In this document: piece after piece, positions 44,196-57,630 of the stretch
Position numbering within the stretch: the stretch's first letter is position 1
Layout of the letters: the number at the start of each line of letters is the position of its first letter
Origin: Chanos chanos
Taxonomy: Eukaryota
NCBI RefSeq assembly: GCF_902362185.1
Contig: NC_044504.1
Location: forward strand, 33,220,702-33,284,701
Length of the DNA: 64,000 bases
Reading direction: 5' to 3'
Program-made: the position numbers and the translations under genes
The notes under the pieces: generated by a model
What the model was told of the DNA's origin: nothing
The model's database searches: none
What the model saw: the letters and a program-made list of their open reading frames with translations, nothing else

Positions 44196-44982
44196 TGGAC
44201 ACAGCTGCTGTTGTGCACAGCCCTGTGAAATGAGTCCGTGAGGAAGCAGCTGTGTGTGGCAGATCTGCTCCAGGTAGAGGTGCTTTGTACGCTGGTTTTT
44301 ATTGGCACAGATGGCCTGCATCACTCGCCTGTTTAGCTATGTACACGGAAGGTGGGCTCAGCGCGTCAATGGCGTTACGCTTCAGAGAGGAGGGGGGGAG
44401 GGCTTTTTATTATTTTTAACCTTTATTTTTAGATGTGTTTGGGAAAGTGTTTTTGAAGTTGCACCTTTTGAAGTTTACCAAAGTCATGGCCGCAGCTGCC
44501 TTTAAATATTGGTTTCACTAGATGTGTTTATGCATCACCATCGTGTTAGAGGTTTCAGAGTTTCAGAGTCAGAACTCGTATTCTGAGTGACTTGAGTGAG
44601 TGAGTTAATCCTGTGCGTCAGAAATCACAACTCTGAACACACTCTGGGCGAAAGTGCCTCTCTGGCCACTTCTCTTACCACTACACTCTTAAAATGCTTC
44701 AGATCACTCTTGCCAACTCGTGATTTTTTTTTTTTTTTTTTTATAACTTGTAGAAAATTGCTGTTATTTTTTTTGAAGACTGAAATGGTCTCTTTTTTTT
44801 TTGTAAATAATTGTAGCCTTTTTTTCTTTTTTTTCCCCCGAGCATATAATTTATGACTGTAAAATTAGACCAGAGTGTGTGTGTTTTTTTCCCCCCTCCT
44901 ACATAGCGGTTTTTACAGTGACTTTCACCCACTCTGATAAGGCGCTCTCTGATCTCTCTCTCTCTCTCTCTCTCTCGTCTAG

Positions 44983-45099
<117 letters not shown>

Positions 45100-45608
45100 T
45101 AAGACTTTCCTCTGCTGTCACCGCGAATCTGGAATGACAGGACCATTTTTTTACGCTCTCATTGATTCCTGTTCTGTGTTTTAATCAGCATGCAAACCTT
45201 GTGAAAACCAGTGGGGTTGTTGTTGTTGTTGTTGTTGTGGTTGTTGTTGTTGCTTTTGCTGTTGTACTTAAACAGCATGAAATATGGTGTCGAATTTTTT
45301 TTTTTTTTCTGTGATTAGATTGATTTGAAAGTGTTATTGGTAATTTCATTTGCCAGCCTAATGTAGCGTCAAATTTGACTTTGTCTACATCGTCGACATA
45401 CACGGTGCAAAAACCAAACCAACAGTACGTTACTGCAGAGCAGGATGTGTTACCCTCTGTCGCCACCTGCTGACGGCAGATGAATTGCACCACAAGCACG
45501 TTCATTAAGCTGTTTATTCAAGTACGGTACAACATCCAGATGCTTTCAGTTCTTTGGCCTTGTCTGTATTTACTCTGTGTGTGTTTATAGTGAAAGAGTT
45601 GTCACTGA

Positions 45609-45766
<158 letters not shown>

Positions 45767-45782
45767 AAGAAGCACCAGCAAA

Positions 45783-45801
45783 GGGGGGGGGGGGGGGGGG
45801 G
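45783..45801 (+). repeat. G19 homopolymer in the man1a2 3'UTR, 17 nt after the stop codon
   Basis: Read directly from the sequence. Confidence 0.9.
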
Positions 45802-48800
45802 TTGTTCTCCCCCCTCACAGCCCCCTGTCTCTCTTGCTCTCTCCATCTCCCTCTATCGAAGAAGACTGCAGCTGCTGCCGAAAAGGGGGGGGGTGTCAAT
45901 TATGAGAACATTGTCTCCCTGTGGACTGTAGGTTTTACTGCAGAGAGGACGGGACCAAAACATTACAAACTCTCTCTCTCTATTCACCTATCACTTACTC
46001 TCACTGGCTCTGGAGAGCCGCCCATTTGTAAGACAGACAGCTCGTGCAGCTCAGTGATTGGTTGTGTGGCTCTTCCTTGACAGGATACAGGTGGGGTCTA
46101 GATAAGGTGATATCCCACCTAGTTTTGTACGCATGGACATATCCCCCCTGTGGACGGACTCCCAGAGCAGAGAGGACACGAGATTTCTCCTCACGGGACA
46201 GGAAAGACTGCAAGGGTGCTACTCTAACAGGATGTGTATTTTCTTTGTCTAATGAAGGATTTCTACAGGCTTGTTCTTAAGGCTTTTAGTTGTTGTCTCG
46301 GAGCAAAGGTTCCTCTTTTGATCCGCTCATCACTGCGCCGGTGCCAGAGCGCGGATAAAAGGACCCACTAATTTAACGCGATTTGGTTCTGACTCCTCGG
46401 TATTCAGAAACTTTTACCTGGAACCTGAATCAACATCAGTTTTTTGAGAGAGAGAGCGACAGCAGTTCTGCGTAGTCTCCTCTGGAACCGTTCTCTGGCG
46501 GACAGAGAACGCAGGGCTGAGGGTTCTGTGCGTGTGTCCTGTCCTCTTTTTTTCTCCTCTTTGAATTTGTGCGTAGTCACTCTGGTACATCTTGGTATCT
46601 GTGACAGATTCTTCTCTGATCATTTTGTCATGGTTAGCAGGTGAAACAGCCAGCTGGTTATTTGCATATGTTGGCTGCTATCGAACAGATGCTGCTAGCG
46701 AAGCTGTCATCTTTCTTTTCTCATCACTTCATTCCACAACCCTTCATTCCATATTCCTCCTCCTCCTCCTCCTCAGAACAGACCATGCTTCATTTTTTTT
46801 TTTTTTCCATTTCTTCATCATGTTGTCTGTTTACCTGGTATTTATCATCTCTAGAGTATGTAAACATGGTGAGCGGTATCTTCCCAGTTCAGATTAAAGA
46901 GGGGTTTTTGTTTGTTTGTTTGGTTGGTTGGTTTTTTTTTTTGTATGTTTGTTTGTTTGTTTGACATTTACGCTGTCCTGTCTGTAGAGTTAGGAAACTA
47001 GGCTGTTTTTTGGGTTTTTTGGTTTTTTTGGGGGGTGGGTCACCTCATTGTATATCAGCACTTTTTGGGGTTTGATCATTCTGGGACAAAGAGTTTGAGC
47101 TATGACACACTTCTGTTGTTGCTTTCACACTTTGAAGTGTTCAGTTGGGTTTTACCATGATCTCAGACCGTGGACTTCCTTCATGTAAATGCATCTTATC
47201 AGTAAGTTTCTCCTCTGAGTGAAGGGCCAAAAGCCACTGGGCAGACATTGTTGGGTAACGTTTAATGTGAAATCAGAATCATTTGATTATTTATTCTTCT
47301 TATCCATCAAATGGAGATTTTCTTTTTTTCTTTTTTCTTTTTTTTTCATTTTCTCGTTTTATTTTTGAGTTCAGAAATGAGGTTAAAGACAGTGACCGTG
47401 GGCATGCACGGCAATGCAGTAGCTTTCACAGCAGAGACATAGCCACCTCCTCCTGCTCTCTGTTTAAAAGCCGGGGTCCCCACCAGTCCAGATAAGACAT
47501 CTGAATCACTCTTAAAGAATACTACGCTGACTCAGATTCAGAGCTAGACTCACTGAAAAGATGAGTCTAGCCTGATAACAGTGGCAAGACAGGGTGTCTT
47601 CTCCTAGACTGATCTTATCTCTGATCCAAATCTATCTGAGTACAGGCCTTTGCTTTGACACCTCAGGCTGGAACCGCTCTGCAGTTCATATGGTAGATAG
47701 AGGAGCTTTTGTGTGTTTACTGAAGACCAGGATTCATAGAAACAAACAAAAAAAAAAAAAATACATTTGGTTGTCTTGTTTTTGAATTGCCTTATTAGGG
47801 TTTAGAGCACTAAGGCCATTGGCTAATGAAATCTGAACCCTGTCATGTGACTGCTTCACATTTATTGATGCACATCATGTAGCTACATACAGCAAGAAGT
47901 TGTCATGCAATGGAAATCATCTTCAAAAAGCACACCTCGATGCCTGTATTCTCCAAACAACCGTGTGTTTTGATGGTAGTGATGACAGTGAAAGAATGGT
48001 TTGGTTACCTAGTGAGAAGAAATGTTCCTGTCTTAATCAGTGTACCATTACTCACACTTTTCTTTTCTTTTCTTTTTTTTTAAGATGTAATTCTCTCTAT
48101 GCCTTTTAATGATGTAACACCCCTGCTACACTCTAAGGAGCCCAAAAATGAAAGGGTGTCACTTTTCCTCGTTCTCATTCTCTCCTTTCCATCAGTCCAC
48201 ACACGGCACAGTGAAACAATCTGTCAACCTCAAACACTCCTCATTTCACTGTTACCTTTCAACAAGTCTGAGATTGATTCAGAGTGGAGTCGGCAGGAGG
48301 GATAAGCTTCTCTAAAAGAAAAAAAAATGGGTCTCCAACGGTGTAGGAAGGAGACGGTGGACATAAAGCATATGTTTAAAAAAAAAAAAAGAAAGAAAAA
48401 ATGAAAGACAGAGCGTTGAAATTGACATTCACCAGATTGTTCACCTTCTCTCTCTCTTTCCTCGCCTCCCTCCGTTTCTCCTCGGCAGTCCTCGCCGTAA
48501 AACCATTCTCTTCTCAGTCACTCCCATCAGCTGTCTGCCAGTAGTGTGGACGTGTCAGGTCTGCTCCTCTAGGTGGTGATAAGTGCTACCTGCTGGTGGC
48601 ATGTGAACATCGTCCGCTTCGTGCGAATTGCCGAGCGGAATGAGGCCTCTGTTGTCCTGGGGTGGATTTTGAAAAAGCTATGTCCTGTACTCGTATTTTT
48701 ACTGAACAAAAACGAAAAAAAAGAAAAAAAGAACTGTAAATATATTACAAATGAGACAAATTCAATAAAGATGTTACGAAAGGTGAACAAAATACCACCT

Positions 48801-49134
48801 ATAAAGTGTCCGTGATTTATTTTGGGAATCCTTTCATTTATTTTGGGTATCAGGATGATTTATGACTTTTCGGGGTATCACTAGAGACTGAGGACAGAGC
48901 GTGTTTGGACCGTGAATGTTTTTTTTCTGTTTGAGAAGTTTACATGTATTGAGTTTGCTTAGGTTCTCTGAGGTGGAGCTGTTATTACTTGCACACTATG
49001 TTATTGTCTCAGTGACAGCAGTAGTTCCGTCCATTGGCATAGGATGTACACAACCACAAATGATTCAGATAAAGAGTCAGACATAGTCAGACACTATCGT
49101 GTGTTCAGTATTGCGGTTCTTTTAACATGGTTAT

Positions 49135-49180
<46 letters not shown>

Positions 49181-50473
49181 AAACCTCAGAGTGGATAATA
49201 TGACATAAGCACCTGAAGGCTGTTTGTGGAAGAGCCAGTTTTAAGGCCTATATACAGCCCTGCATGTTCTCACTGCTCCAACATCTGGGTCATGGTGCGC
49301 TGATCTTGGCACTGTGGTCTAACCCGCATAGCAAGTGGCAGAGACATCGTCATATATTCTGCATTTAGGACACTGAGGTTTTGAGAGCTTGTGGGGGGTT
49401 TTCTCTAGTTTTTTTTTTCCCCACCTCCCTCGCTTTTTCTGTTCTTCCTCTTAAGAAGGTGATGCCAGCCTTTCGACTCCCCCTCATCTAGCCACACCAA
49501 AGGAGCTAGCAATGAAACGCCGGAAATCGGCGCAGAAAGATGAAAGCTGTGGGAAGCGCAGAGAGAGTAGTGGGTAGGATGACCTTTGACATCTCTCTGC
49601 CCCCCCCTCCCCCCGCACCTCGACCCCTGTGACCTCATTTGACCTTTGGATGTCATTCAGGCACCAGATAACCTTTTTGGAACACAGTGATGAGTCTGCA
49701 CTCGTCAGTCACACAAAGAGCGTGGAGCTGAATGCTTTCAGCGTTCTGTCTGTTTCATCCCGTCTTTTATTAAACACAGCGAATCGTGAAAACAATGAGG
49801 TAGAAAGACAGTAAACCCACACACACTCGCTGCACTTGCATTTAAACACATATTAAATCTTGTGACATCTAGGAATATTATACTTATTTGTAGGTTTGAT
49901 CTCGTAGTATCGTTTTCTATCCATTAAGTTTGCCTTGTGCCAGGATGAAAAAAAAAAAAACCCCACACACATGAAAATGAGTGTGCTTGGGTGTACCACT
50001 TAGGAACTCCACTACAGCAGATTAAATATTTGAGTCTAGATCTTTTTCTGTAAGTATGTATCCAGTTTCATTTTCAATGTTTACTGTGTGGCACCCAGAT
50101 TATTTGCATATTTGTAGCCTTTTCTTAAATACGTATCTTGCTTGTGTGTGTTGAAGTCAAGAGAAGGAGATTTATCTCCCCGTTTCCCTTTACACGTCTT
50201 TAAAACCTTTGGGGTACGAACATTTCAACAAGTAGTTAAAAAAGACCACTAGTGGCCTTTTTTCTGTGTAAAGATTTTCCAAGGTCTAGGAATCAGTACA
50301 GCTCGTAGTGCCAATGCTTTTATCATCTTGATGAATGGAAAGAGAAGGGGAGATAAGATGCTTCTGAAACAGGATAAATGTGCACAGCAGGCTGTATCAA
50401 CAAGGTCATGGTGAACCAGGTGGGTCAAGGAGCCAGCGCAAAACGACTGCTCAGCAGTCTCTCATGCACCCAG

Positions 50474-50505
<32 letters not shown>

Positions 50506-53500
50506 CCGATTCTCCCACACATTTACACAAGACTTTTTATGCAACTCACTCATCTTCTCTCTCACCACTCAAACTCTACTTAAGTCCTGAGCTGTCAGTG
50601 AGATGTTCAATTTTGACTCAAATCCCATTTCATATTGAAAGGTTTTTGTTTTTTTTAAATGCACTTATCTGTGTGAGATCACACATTATCATCATAAAAA
50701 AGTTTTCTTATTTTTGAAATATTCTACTTGTCCTAATGTCCTGACCTACGGAATGATATTAAAATAGTTTTTTTTCGTATATACCTTCTACTGTCTGTTT
50801 TGAATTTGTAACATGTTTCTACAACTGCATCAAGAACATCAGGTTCACACATACTGGTCTTGGATGGACTTAAGTCAAGTGCATGTAGATCTTTATTGAT
50901 ACTTACACACATTGTGCACATTGTCTTTTTTTTATTTACTGTGTGACACCCAGGTTATTCACATATTTGTCTCTGGTTTTGTAAATATGAATCTTGCTCA
51001 TGTGGTTTCAAGATGAGATGAGAACTGTGGAGTACGAAAAGATTAGGGAATTTCATGTACAAGTTATTTATTTGGAAACTGATGTGAAAGCGCGTTTTAA
51101 TTTCTCCTTCCGTTCTCAGCATATGTTTTCATGATTGATGAAGCTATGAAATGATGACATAAATGAGTACAAGAGCTGTTCCCCTGTGTCTTGGCTTGTT
51201 TATAATAGAATGTTTATTTTATTACTCATTCTGATTGGAGGCATCATGTTTAGAGACTCAGGAATCCAACCAGTCAGAGGAGGACAATGAGCACACAGGA
51301 ACCCTTACCGCAGAGGAAAAACTGACTTTCTCTCAGCCCATACCGGACAAGATAGGCCCTCGGAAAATCTGACAGAGGAATTGTCTGTCCTTACGCTCAC
51401 CGCTCCAAGGAAATGCTGTCTTAAATTGATTGAGTTTGGATCATTTTTTAGTTTCTAGTTTCTCAAATTGGCACTCCACATGTCAGATGCAGCACAAAAC
51501 TACCCTCCGTTCCAGCCACGACATTAAAGGGTCTCGTATTTTCATAGATGGTAATTGTGATTTTACTGTTGCCAAAGGGAAGGCGGTGTAAGTCGACGAA
51601 AGGAATGGGCCAGCGTCCTCTTTTCGTGCGCGCCCTATATTAAAGTCTCCCGGGAGAATGCGCGCGTGTGTTCTTCACAGGCTGGAACCCGTGTGCTCGG
51701 AACACGGAGGAGCCGTGGCCGTGGTGCTCCGTCACGTTTTTACAGATCAGAGAGGATGGACTCTGAGGCCTGACACAGTCAATCAATAGAGCCAAAGGGC
51801 TAGTGCTGATGTCAGAGGAAGGACAGGGTTATAAATATGTCACAGTGAGTCATCATGTAGATAGAGTGTGGGCTTGGAAAGAAAAAAAGAAAAAAAACAT
51901 TTACGTGGACGTGAGCAAACGTAGTGGAGTGTTTAATGTGTTAATGGCCTGTGTGTGTGTGTGTGTGTCCGTGTGTGTGCGCAAATGTGTGTCTTTTCCA
52001 GTGTGTGTTTAATGTGTTAATGGTCGCTGTTTAACCATCCGTGGCAGGGACAGTGAGTCATTTCCACTTGGCGCAAGGCCCAATGGCAGCAGCTGGTATA
52101 GGTACACCTGAGGATTCATGACACTGTGCACCTTTTGAACAAACACCGACCTGAACCCCCCCAAACTTCATACATATTGTGGCCCGTCTTCCTGTCAGAT
52201 ATATTGTAGCACACTATGGATATGAATGATATTTATGTGTCATTTTAATAAGGACATGACGTGTTTGGTCTCAGATCAATAAAATTTTCCACAGTTTACA
52301 TGTGAGAACACTTGTTAAGTTGCTGAAAACTTGCGTTTCATGAGGCCTCAAACACGCAAGCCGCTGCAACACCAGAATGATAAATTAGAGTGACCTTTAT
52401 GAGACAGCATCTCTTGTTTCCCATACGAATAACTGAGACCTCTTCTCTTTATGTCAGAATCAGCCAAATATTTGAAAGACGAATAAAAGTGTTTTTGTTT
52501 TGGTCGGCTGCTCTTCGCAGTATTAAAAAAGAGAAAATGTTCACTAAAAATGGCACAGCCAACGGACAGCCGAGCAGGTTCTTTTTTTTTTCTTCCAATC
52601 CTATCTGTCAATCACACACTTTCTTTGAAAGAGGAAGGAGAGCGTCCCAACAGCTCAGCTCCTTTGCTCTGAGTTTCTGTACTTTTTGAGCTTCGTATCA
52701 CCCTTTTTTTTTTTTCTTAATTCACCATAAAAAGTTTCCCCAATGGTGAAAACCAATATAATTATGAATATGAAAAAAAAAAATCCCCTTTAATCTGTTA
52801 TCTGGATTTAATCCATAATAGCTTTGGCGATTTTCATGAGCATACAGAAGTTTTCATGATTCGCTGGTTGCGTTTACCTCTGACAGAGGTTCCTGTGTGG
52901 TGAGTCACTTAGCGATTTCTTTTCCAGCCCCTCTCATGTTATGAATCAGCAGGGGTTGTAACGACATCCTCAGTGTTTGCCTATGTAACAGATTCTAATT
53001 TGGAAAAAGAACCTGTACTGTGTGAAACAGATGTTCTTATTGGTTTGTTCCTGGATATTATGATAACACATACTACCGTGTCAATAAATCTGTTTTCTTC
53101 TTGTTCCTCTTCCCCACCCCCTCCTCCCTCTCTCTCTCTCTCTCTCTCTCACTCTCTCTCTCGCCCTCTCTCGCTCTTTGTATCCAATTCTTTTTTCATC
53201 ATATTTGGATCTAAGGCACATGTATTAGTGTGTTGATGTATATTCTTCAGTCAGAGGTGAAATAACTGATTAGAATTTGCTTGTTCAGTGTTCTCTGGAA
53301 GAAGTGGGGAAGGAAAGATGACTGTAGTGCATTTCTGAAGTTTCCTCTCTCTGACAAATTTTCTCTACATCATCTCTGAACCTCTGAATTTCTCACTGAC
53401 ATTGACTGTAGATTACTCCTGAACATGATTCATTCTTAAAGTAAGAAAGTAATTTCCAGATACACGTTTCCATTATAGTGATGATGTTAGAGGACTGCCC

Positions 53501-54879
53501 CACGTGTGGTTTGGAGGACAGTCTTGAAGACAGGAGGTGAAATAAGTTCAAGGTCACCGCACCACAAGTTTGTTAGGTCATTGATTTCACAAACTGTAAT
53601 GCATTCAATACCAATTCACGCAGTCACACATATATGAGTTTCAATTCTCATCAGTGCATGGACATACAAATAAAATTCATACTATGATGATATGAAATGA
53701 TTTACTATAGATGTTACTCGAGTTATATAAACCGGTTTCATTTGACTAACGAGGGGTTGTGTTAAATGGGATGAACAAGTTAAGAAACCATGTTTAATAG
53801 GTCACGTCTGTGCTGAAAAAGTTGTGGCAGACTATTTTTAGAGACCCTTGTGTTTAGTTTTCCTTTCTCCTGTTACAGGCCAGAACATTTGTTTGTTTCA
53901 CATCTCGTTATCAGACATTACTGTGGTGTTGTGAGTCTTTCTCACTCCCTGCTGGTATTCGTTTAAATCAAATTTGACAGTTACGTCTTTTCTGGCTTTC
54001 TTGGAATCAGACAGAGACAGACAGAAAAGAGATAGAGGTGGGAAAATCCCCTCTTTCACACCGAATCATACACTGACGCAGGCCATGGGTCACTCTAAAC
54101 TGCAACGGTTCCACTTGTGTTTCCTGCCCCAAAAGGGTAACCCCCAGAGCCTCCCACACACACACACACACACACACGCACACACACATCCTCACGGGCG
54201 ACATCTCACCTCCGCTGTACCTCACCTTCTCTCCTCTTTCAGTTTCCTTTGTAATTTTAATCTTTTCCCTCTCAACAATTATTTATGTCCTGCATTGTAT
54301 ATTAGTTAATGAAAGGTGTTAAAAGAGTTAGTTGCACGTAAATAAAGACCCTATTTCTCTATTACTAACGTTCTTGTAGTTGAATCTATAAAGGAAGTAC
54401 CCCTATCCCAACACACGTGCGCGAACCTATTCCGATGAATATGCACGATGGAAACCTCTCGTTTTGTGAGCTAGTCTTCCCGAGACAACATAAATCCAAC
54501 CTTAGAAATTTTACGTTTAAAATTATGTCCGTAGTCCAAATATAGATGTTTTAAAAGGAGTCTTGTCCACTTTGCATGTTTACGCTTTTAAAAATAAATC
54601 ATTGTCCGGAGCAGATTTCCACAGCAACGAGTTTTGTGACCTTTCAAAATGTCAATAGTAATAACTGTATCTTGATCATATAACCTATTTGGAAAGGAAT
54701 TGGAAGCTAAGGGGAGAATTTGACTATTTGACAATAAAACTGGATAAAATTGCCATGGTAAGTGACACCGTCAGAGTACCTCAAAAATGACCAACGTGGA
54801 AAAGAGAAAGAGAGAGAGAGAGGATAAGCGAAAATATTGTAGAGCGAAAGCCTCTAGCTCTGAAACTGACGGACGCTTC

Positions 54880-55330
54880 TGGTTTCTTGGCAACACCCAA
54901 ACACAGTCTGCCAATCAGAGGTTTCACTGAGCGCATTGATACCAGCAAATAGAACGCTCTATGTTGTTTTTAAAGTACAAACTTGTCCATGTTGAAAGGG
55001 TTGACATCGAACTCCAGGTAAATATTTTTTGAGCATTTAATAAATACTTGAATTACAGGTTCTCTTCTATAAACAGGTTTTACTCTTACACGACAAGTTG
55101 AAGACACTGCTTATTAAATGTAGTGCGGTTTTGAGCAAGCCAGTGGATCCTTCTATTTCCACCCAGATGCTCTTCGGCATATAAGTACACGTTCCACCCC
55201 CCTTCGATTTCAGCAGCGGTGAAAATTTGCCAGAGCGTTTGAGAGAGTACACACATGGATGGCAGTGTTGATGAAAAATCTTGGTTAACGTCTACATCGC
55301 TATCATTTGAGCTCTGCGAGTGGATTCAGT
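54880..55330 (+). promoter_or_regulatory. Candidate tent5c proximal promoter and non-coding first exon
   Basis: A CCAAT box (gccaatcagagg, ~54912) and a TATA-like catataagtacac (~55180) sit ~1.1-1.5 kb upstream of the coding exon. Donor-like gagca|gtaggt is at ~55336, and the matching acceptor is just before the ATG at 56440-56446. This is inferred only from motif matches and the single-coding-exon architecture of mammalian FAM46C. Confidence 0.2.
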
Positions 55331-56460
55331 CTGAGCAGTAGGTTACAGTTTTGCACTTAACAATTACTTTGCCAGATCAGCACTGAAGATCGATGCTGTT
55401 CGGATAATTTTAGAGATCTAAACAAATAGCTGAGTGAGTGACAAGCTATTCGACAAAGTGGCTGACTCGAATTGAAAAATGTTTTTCTTGTTAATTTTCG
55501 TTGTTTCTGTTGTTCGTTTTAAAGCTTGTGACTTCCCGAGCCACATGAACTTCTATTGCTGTGACTGAACGCCAGCTTGCTTTTTTGAAACGTATCACGT
55601 GTTATATTTTAAAAAACGAGAATTAACGTGTTGCATTGATAGAATCACACGAGTGTTGCTTGATGTTGTTTTACATTATCTGTATCCCGCTTTTGATTAC
55701 AAACCAGATGGACTTTAGCAGTTAGTTTGGTGGAAAGACTGTCGCGTATTTGAACGGGTTATAATCCCTCACAGATTTTCACTGCATAGATAAACTAACC
55801 TAAAATGTTTGTCAGACTGTGTCATTTTGTCTTGATGTTTTATGTCTCACACTTTGTTCTATTATTGTTGTTTTATGTTGTTGGGTTTTTTTTTCCCCAA
55901 ATTTAATTTTATGCGAGAATGGTCATCCGTGTTTCATACACTGCGGTTTGCCTTCGTGGGAGCAGTTCTGAGTGGAGCGCCTCTGCATATGAATGGTTTA
56001 AGCTCTGTTCAGTTCACAGTTGACGTGAAAGCATGTTAGTCGTTCTGGAAACTGTGAGAGTCAGAGAGCACTATTTTGTTTTTTTGAATGACGGGTGGTT
56101 AGGCTTATCTGAGGTTCATTTTGGCATGACTTCGCTGTCTATTTGCCACAGGTTATTGTTTGTGTTGTGGGGAGTGCCCAGCCGTTGCTATGCTTTGATA
56201 AATCTTTGCTCAAAACAAGCAATTATTGCAATTTTGCTTTAATTACATACATTTAATTTGTGACGAAATTCTGTGTCACGCAATTTAACATTTGTTTTTT
56301 CTTTTTTTCCCCCTCAAATAATCTCGCCAGTTAGTTCACTTTTGTTATATAAGAAACTGATTATACCTGCCTTTTAATTTTGAACCAGCAGAGTTTTTTT
56401 TTTATTATTATCATTGTTTTTTCATTGTCCAGTTGCAGTTCTTTTGGAGAAACTTCAAAG

Positions 56461-57630
56461 ATGGCAAACATGGCTGAAGCCACGTCCAGCGGTGAGGATG
56501 AATCACAAAGCGTGCTCACGTGGGACCAGGTGAGCCGCCTCAACGAGGTTCTGACCGAGGCCGTGCCTGTCCATGGACGAGGCAACTTCCCTACCTTGGA
56601 GGTGCGACTGAAAGACATCGTCCAGATGGTGCGGGTCCGTCTGGAGCAAAGGGGAATAACGGTGAAAGATGTTCGTCTCAACGGGTCTACGGCCAGTCAC
56701 GTGCTGGTGCAGGACATTGGCTGGAGCTACAAAGATCTGGATGTCATATTCAGGGTCGACCTCCCGCGAGAAGAAGAGTTCCAGCTCATCAAAGACGTGG
56801 TGTTGGGCACATTGCTCGACTTCCTTCCTGAAGGGGTGAACAAGGAGAAAATCACTCCCATGACCCTGAAGGAGGCCTATGTGCAGAAGCTGGTCAAAGT
56901 GTACACCGAACAGGACCGCTGGTCCCTCATATCTTTGTCCAACAATAACGGGCGCAATGTGGAGCTCAAGTTTGTTGACTCAATCCGCAGGCAGTTTGAG
57001 TTCAGTGTGGACTCGTTCCAGATCGTTCTAGATTCTGTGCTCTCGTACTACGATTTCTCAGAAGACCCCATGACCCAGGATTTCCACCCCACCGTGGTTG
57101 GGGAGAGCATGTACGGAAACTTTGCCGTCGCTCTGGACCACCTCAGGAATAAGCTGATCGCCACCAAAAGACCAGAGGAGATCCGCGGTGGTGGTCTACT
57201 GAAATATTGCAATCTCTTGGTGAGAGACTTCAAGCCAACGGATGAGGAGGAGTTTAAGGCCCTGGAAAGGTATATGTGCTCCCGCTTCTTCATTGACTTT
57301 CCCGACATCGGCGACCAGCAGCGGAAGCTGGAGGCCTATCTGCAAAGTCACTTTGTGGGCGAGGAGAAGAGCAAGTACGACTACCTCATGATCCTGCGGC
57401 GGGTTGTGAATGAGAGTACGGTGTGCCTCATGGGCCACGAGAGGCGACAGACGCTCAACCTGATCTCGCTGACAGCGTTTCGAGTGCTGGCAGAGCAGAA
57501 TGCCATACCAGATGCTTCCAGTGTTACTTGTTACTATCAGCCGGCACCTTATGTCAGAGACTTGAACTTCAGCAACTACTACGTGGCCTCGTGTAACCAG
57601 TCCATTCCAACATGGCTGCCATGCAACTAA
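56461..57630 (+). CDS. tent5c: TENT5/FAM46-family non-canonical poly(A) polymerase (nucleotidyltransferase fold), best called tent5c (fam46c); single coding exon, 389 aa
   Basis: An uninterrupted ORF runs from 56380 to 57630. The biologically likely start is ATG at 56461 (caaagATGG Kozak context), preceded by a 3' splice acceptor (tttttcattgtccagttgcag) as in the mammalian gene, where the whole CDS is in the last exon. Matches to FAM46C as remembered: [159 protein letters not shown]...PTWLPCN*. Synteny with man1a2 supports the tent5c assignment over other paralogues. Confidence 0.9.
   Translation: MANMAEATSSGEDESQSVLTWDQVSRLNEVLTEAVPVHGRGNFPTLEVRLKDIVQMVRVRLEQRGITVKDVRLNGSTASHVLVQDIGWSYKDLDVIFRVDLPREEEFQLIKDVVLGTLLDFLPEGVNKEKITPMTLKEAYVQKLVKVYTEQDRWSLISLSNNNGRNVELKFVDSIRRQFEFSVDSFQIVLDSVLSYYDFSEDPMTQDFHPTVVGESMYGNFAVALDHLRNKLIATKRPEEIRGGGLLKYCNLLVRDFKPTDEEEFKALERYMCSRFFIDFPDIGDQQRKLEAYLQSHFVGEEKSKYDYLMILRRVVNESTVCLMGHERRQTLNLISLTAFRVLAEQNAIPDASSVTCYYQPAPYVRDLNFSNYYVASCNQSIPTWLPCN

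Noticed and set aside
48765-48770. AATAAA ~3 kb downstream of the man1a2 stop as the polyadenylation signal; similarly AATAAA motifs at ~60044, ~61708 and ~62775 for tent5c
   Set aside because: AATAAA hexamers are frequent in AT-rich sequence, and both mammalian orthologues have multi-kb 3'UTRs. The true poly(A) sites cannot be chosen from sequence alone.
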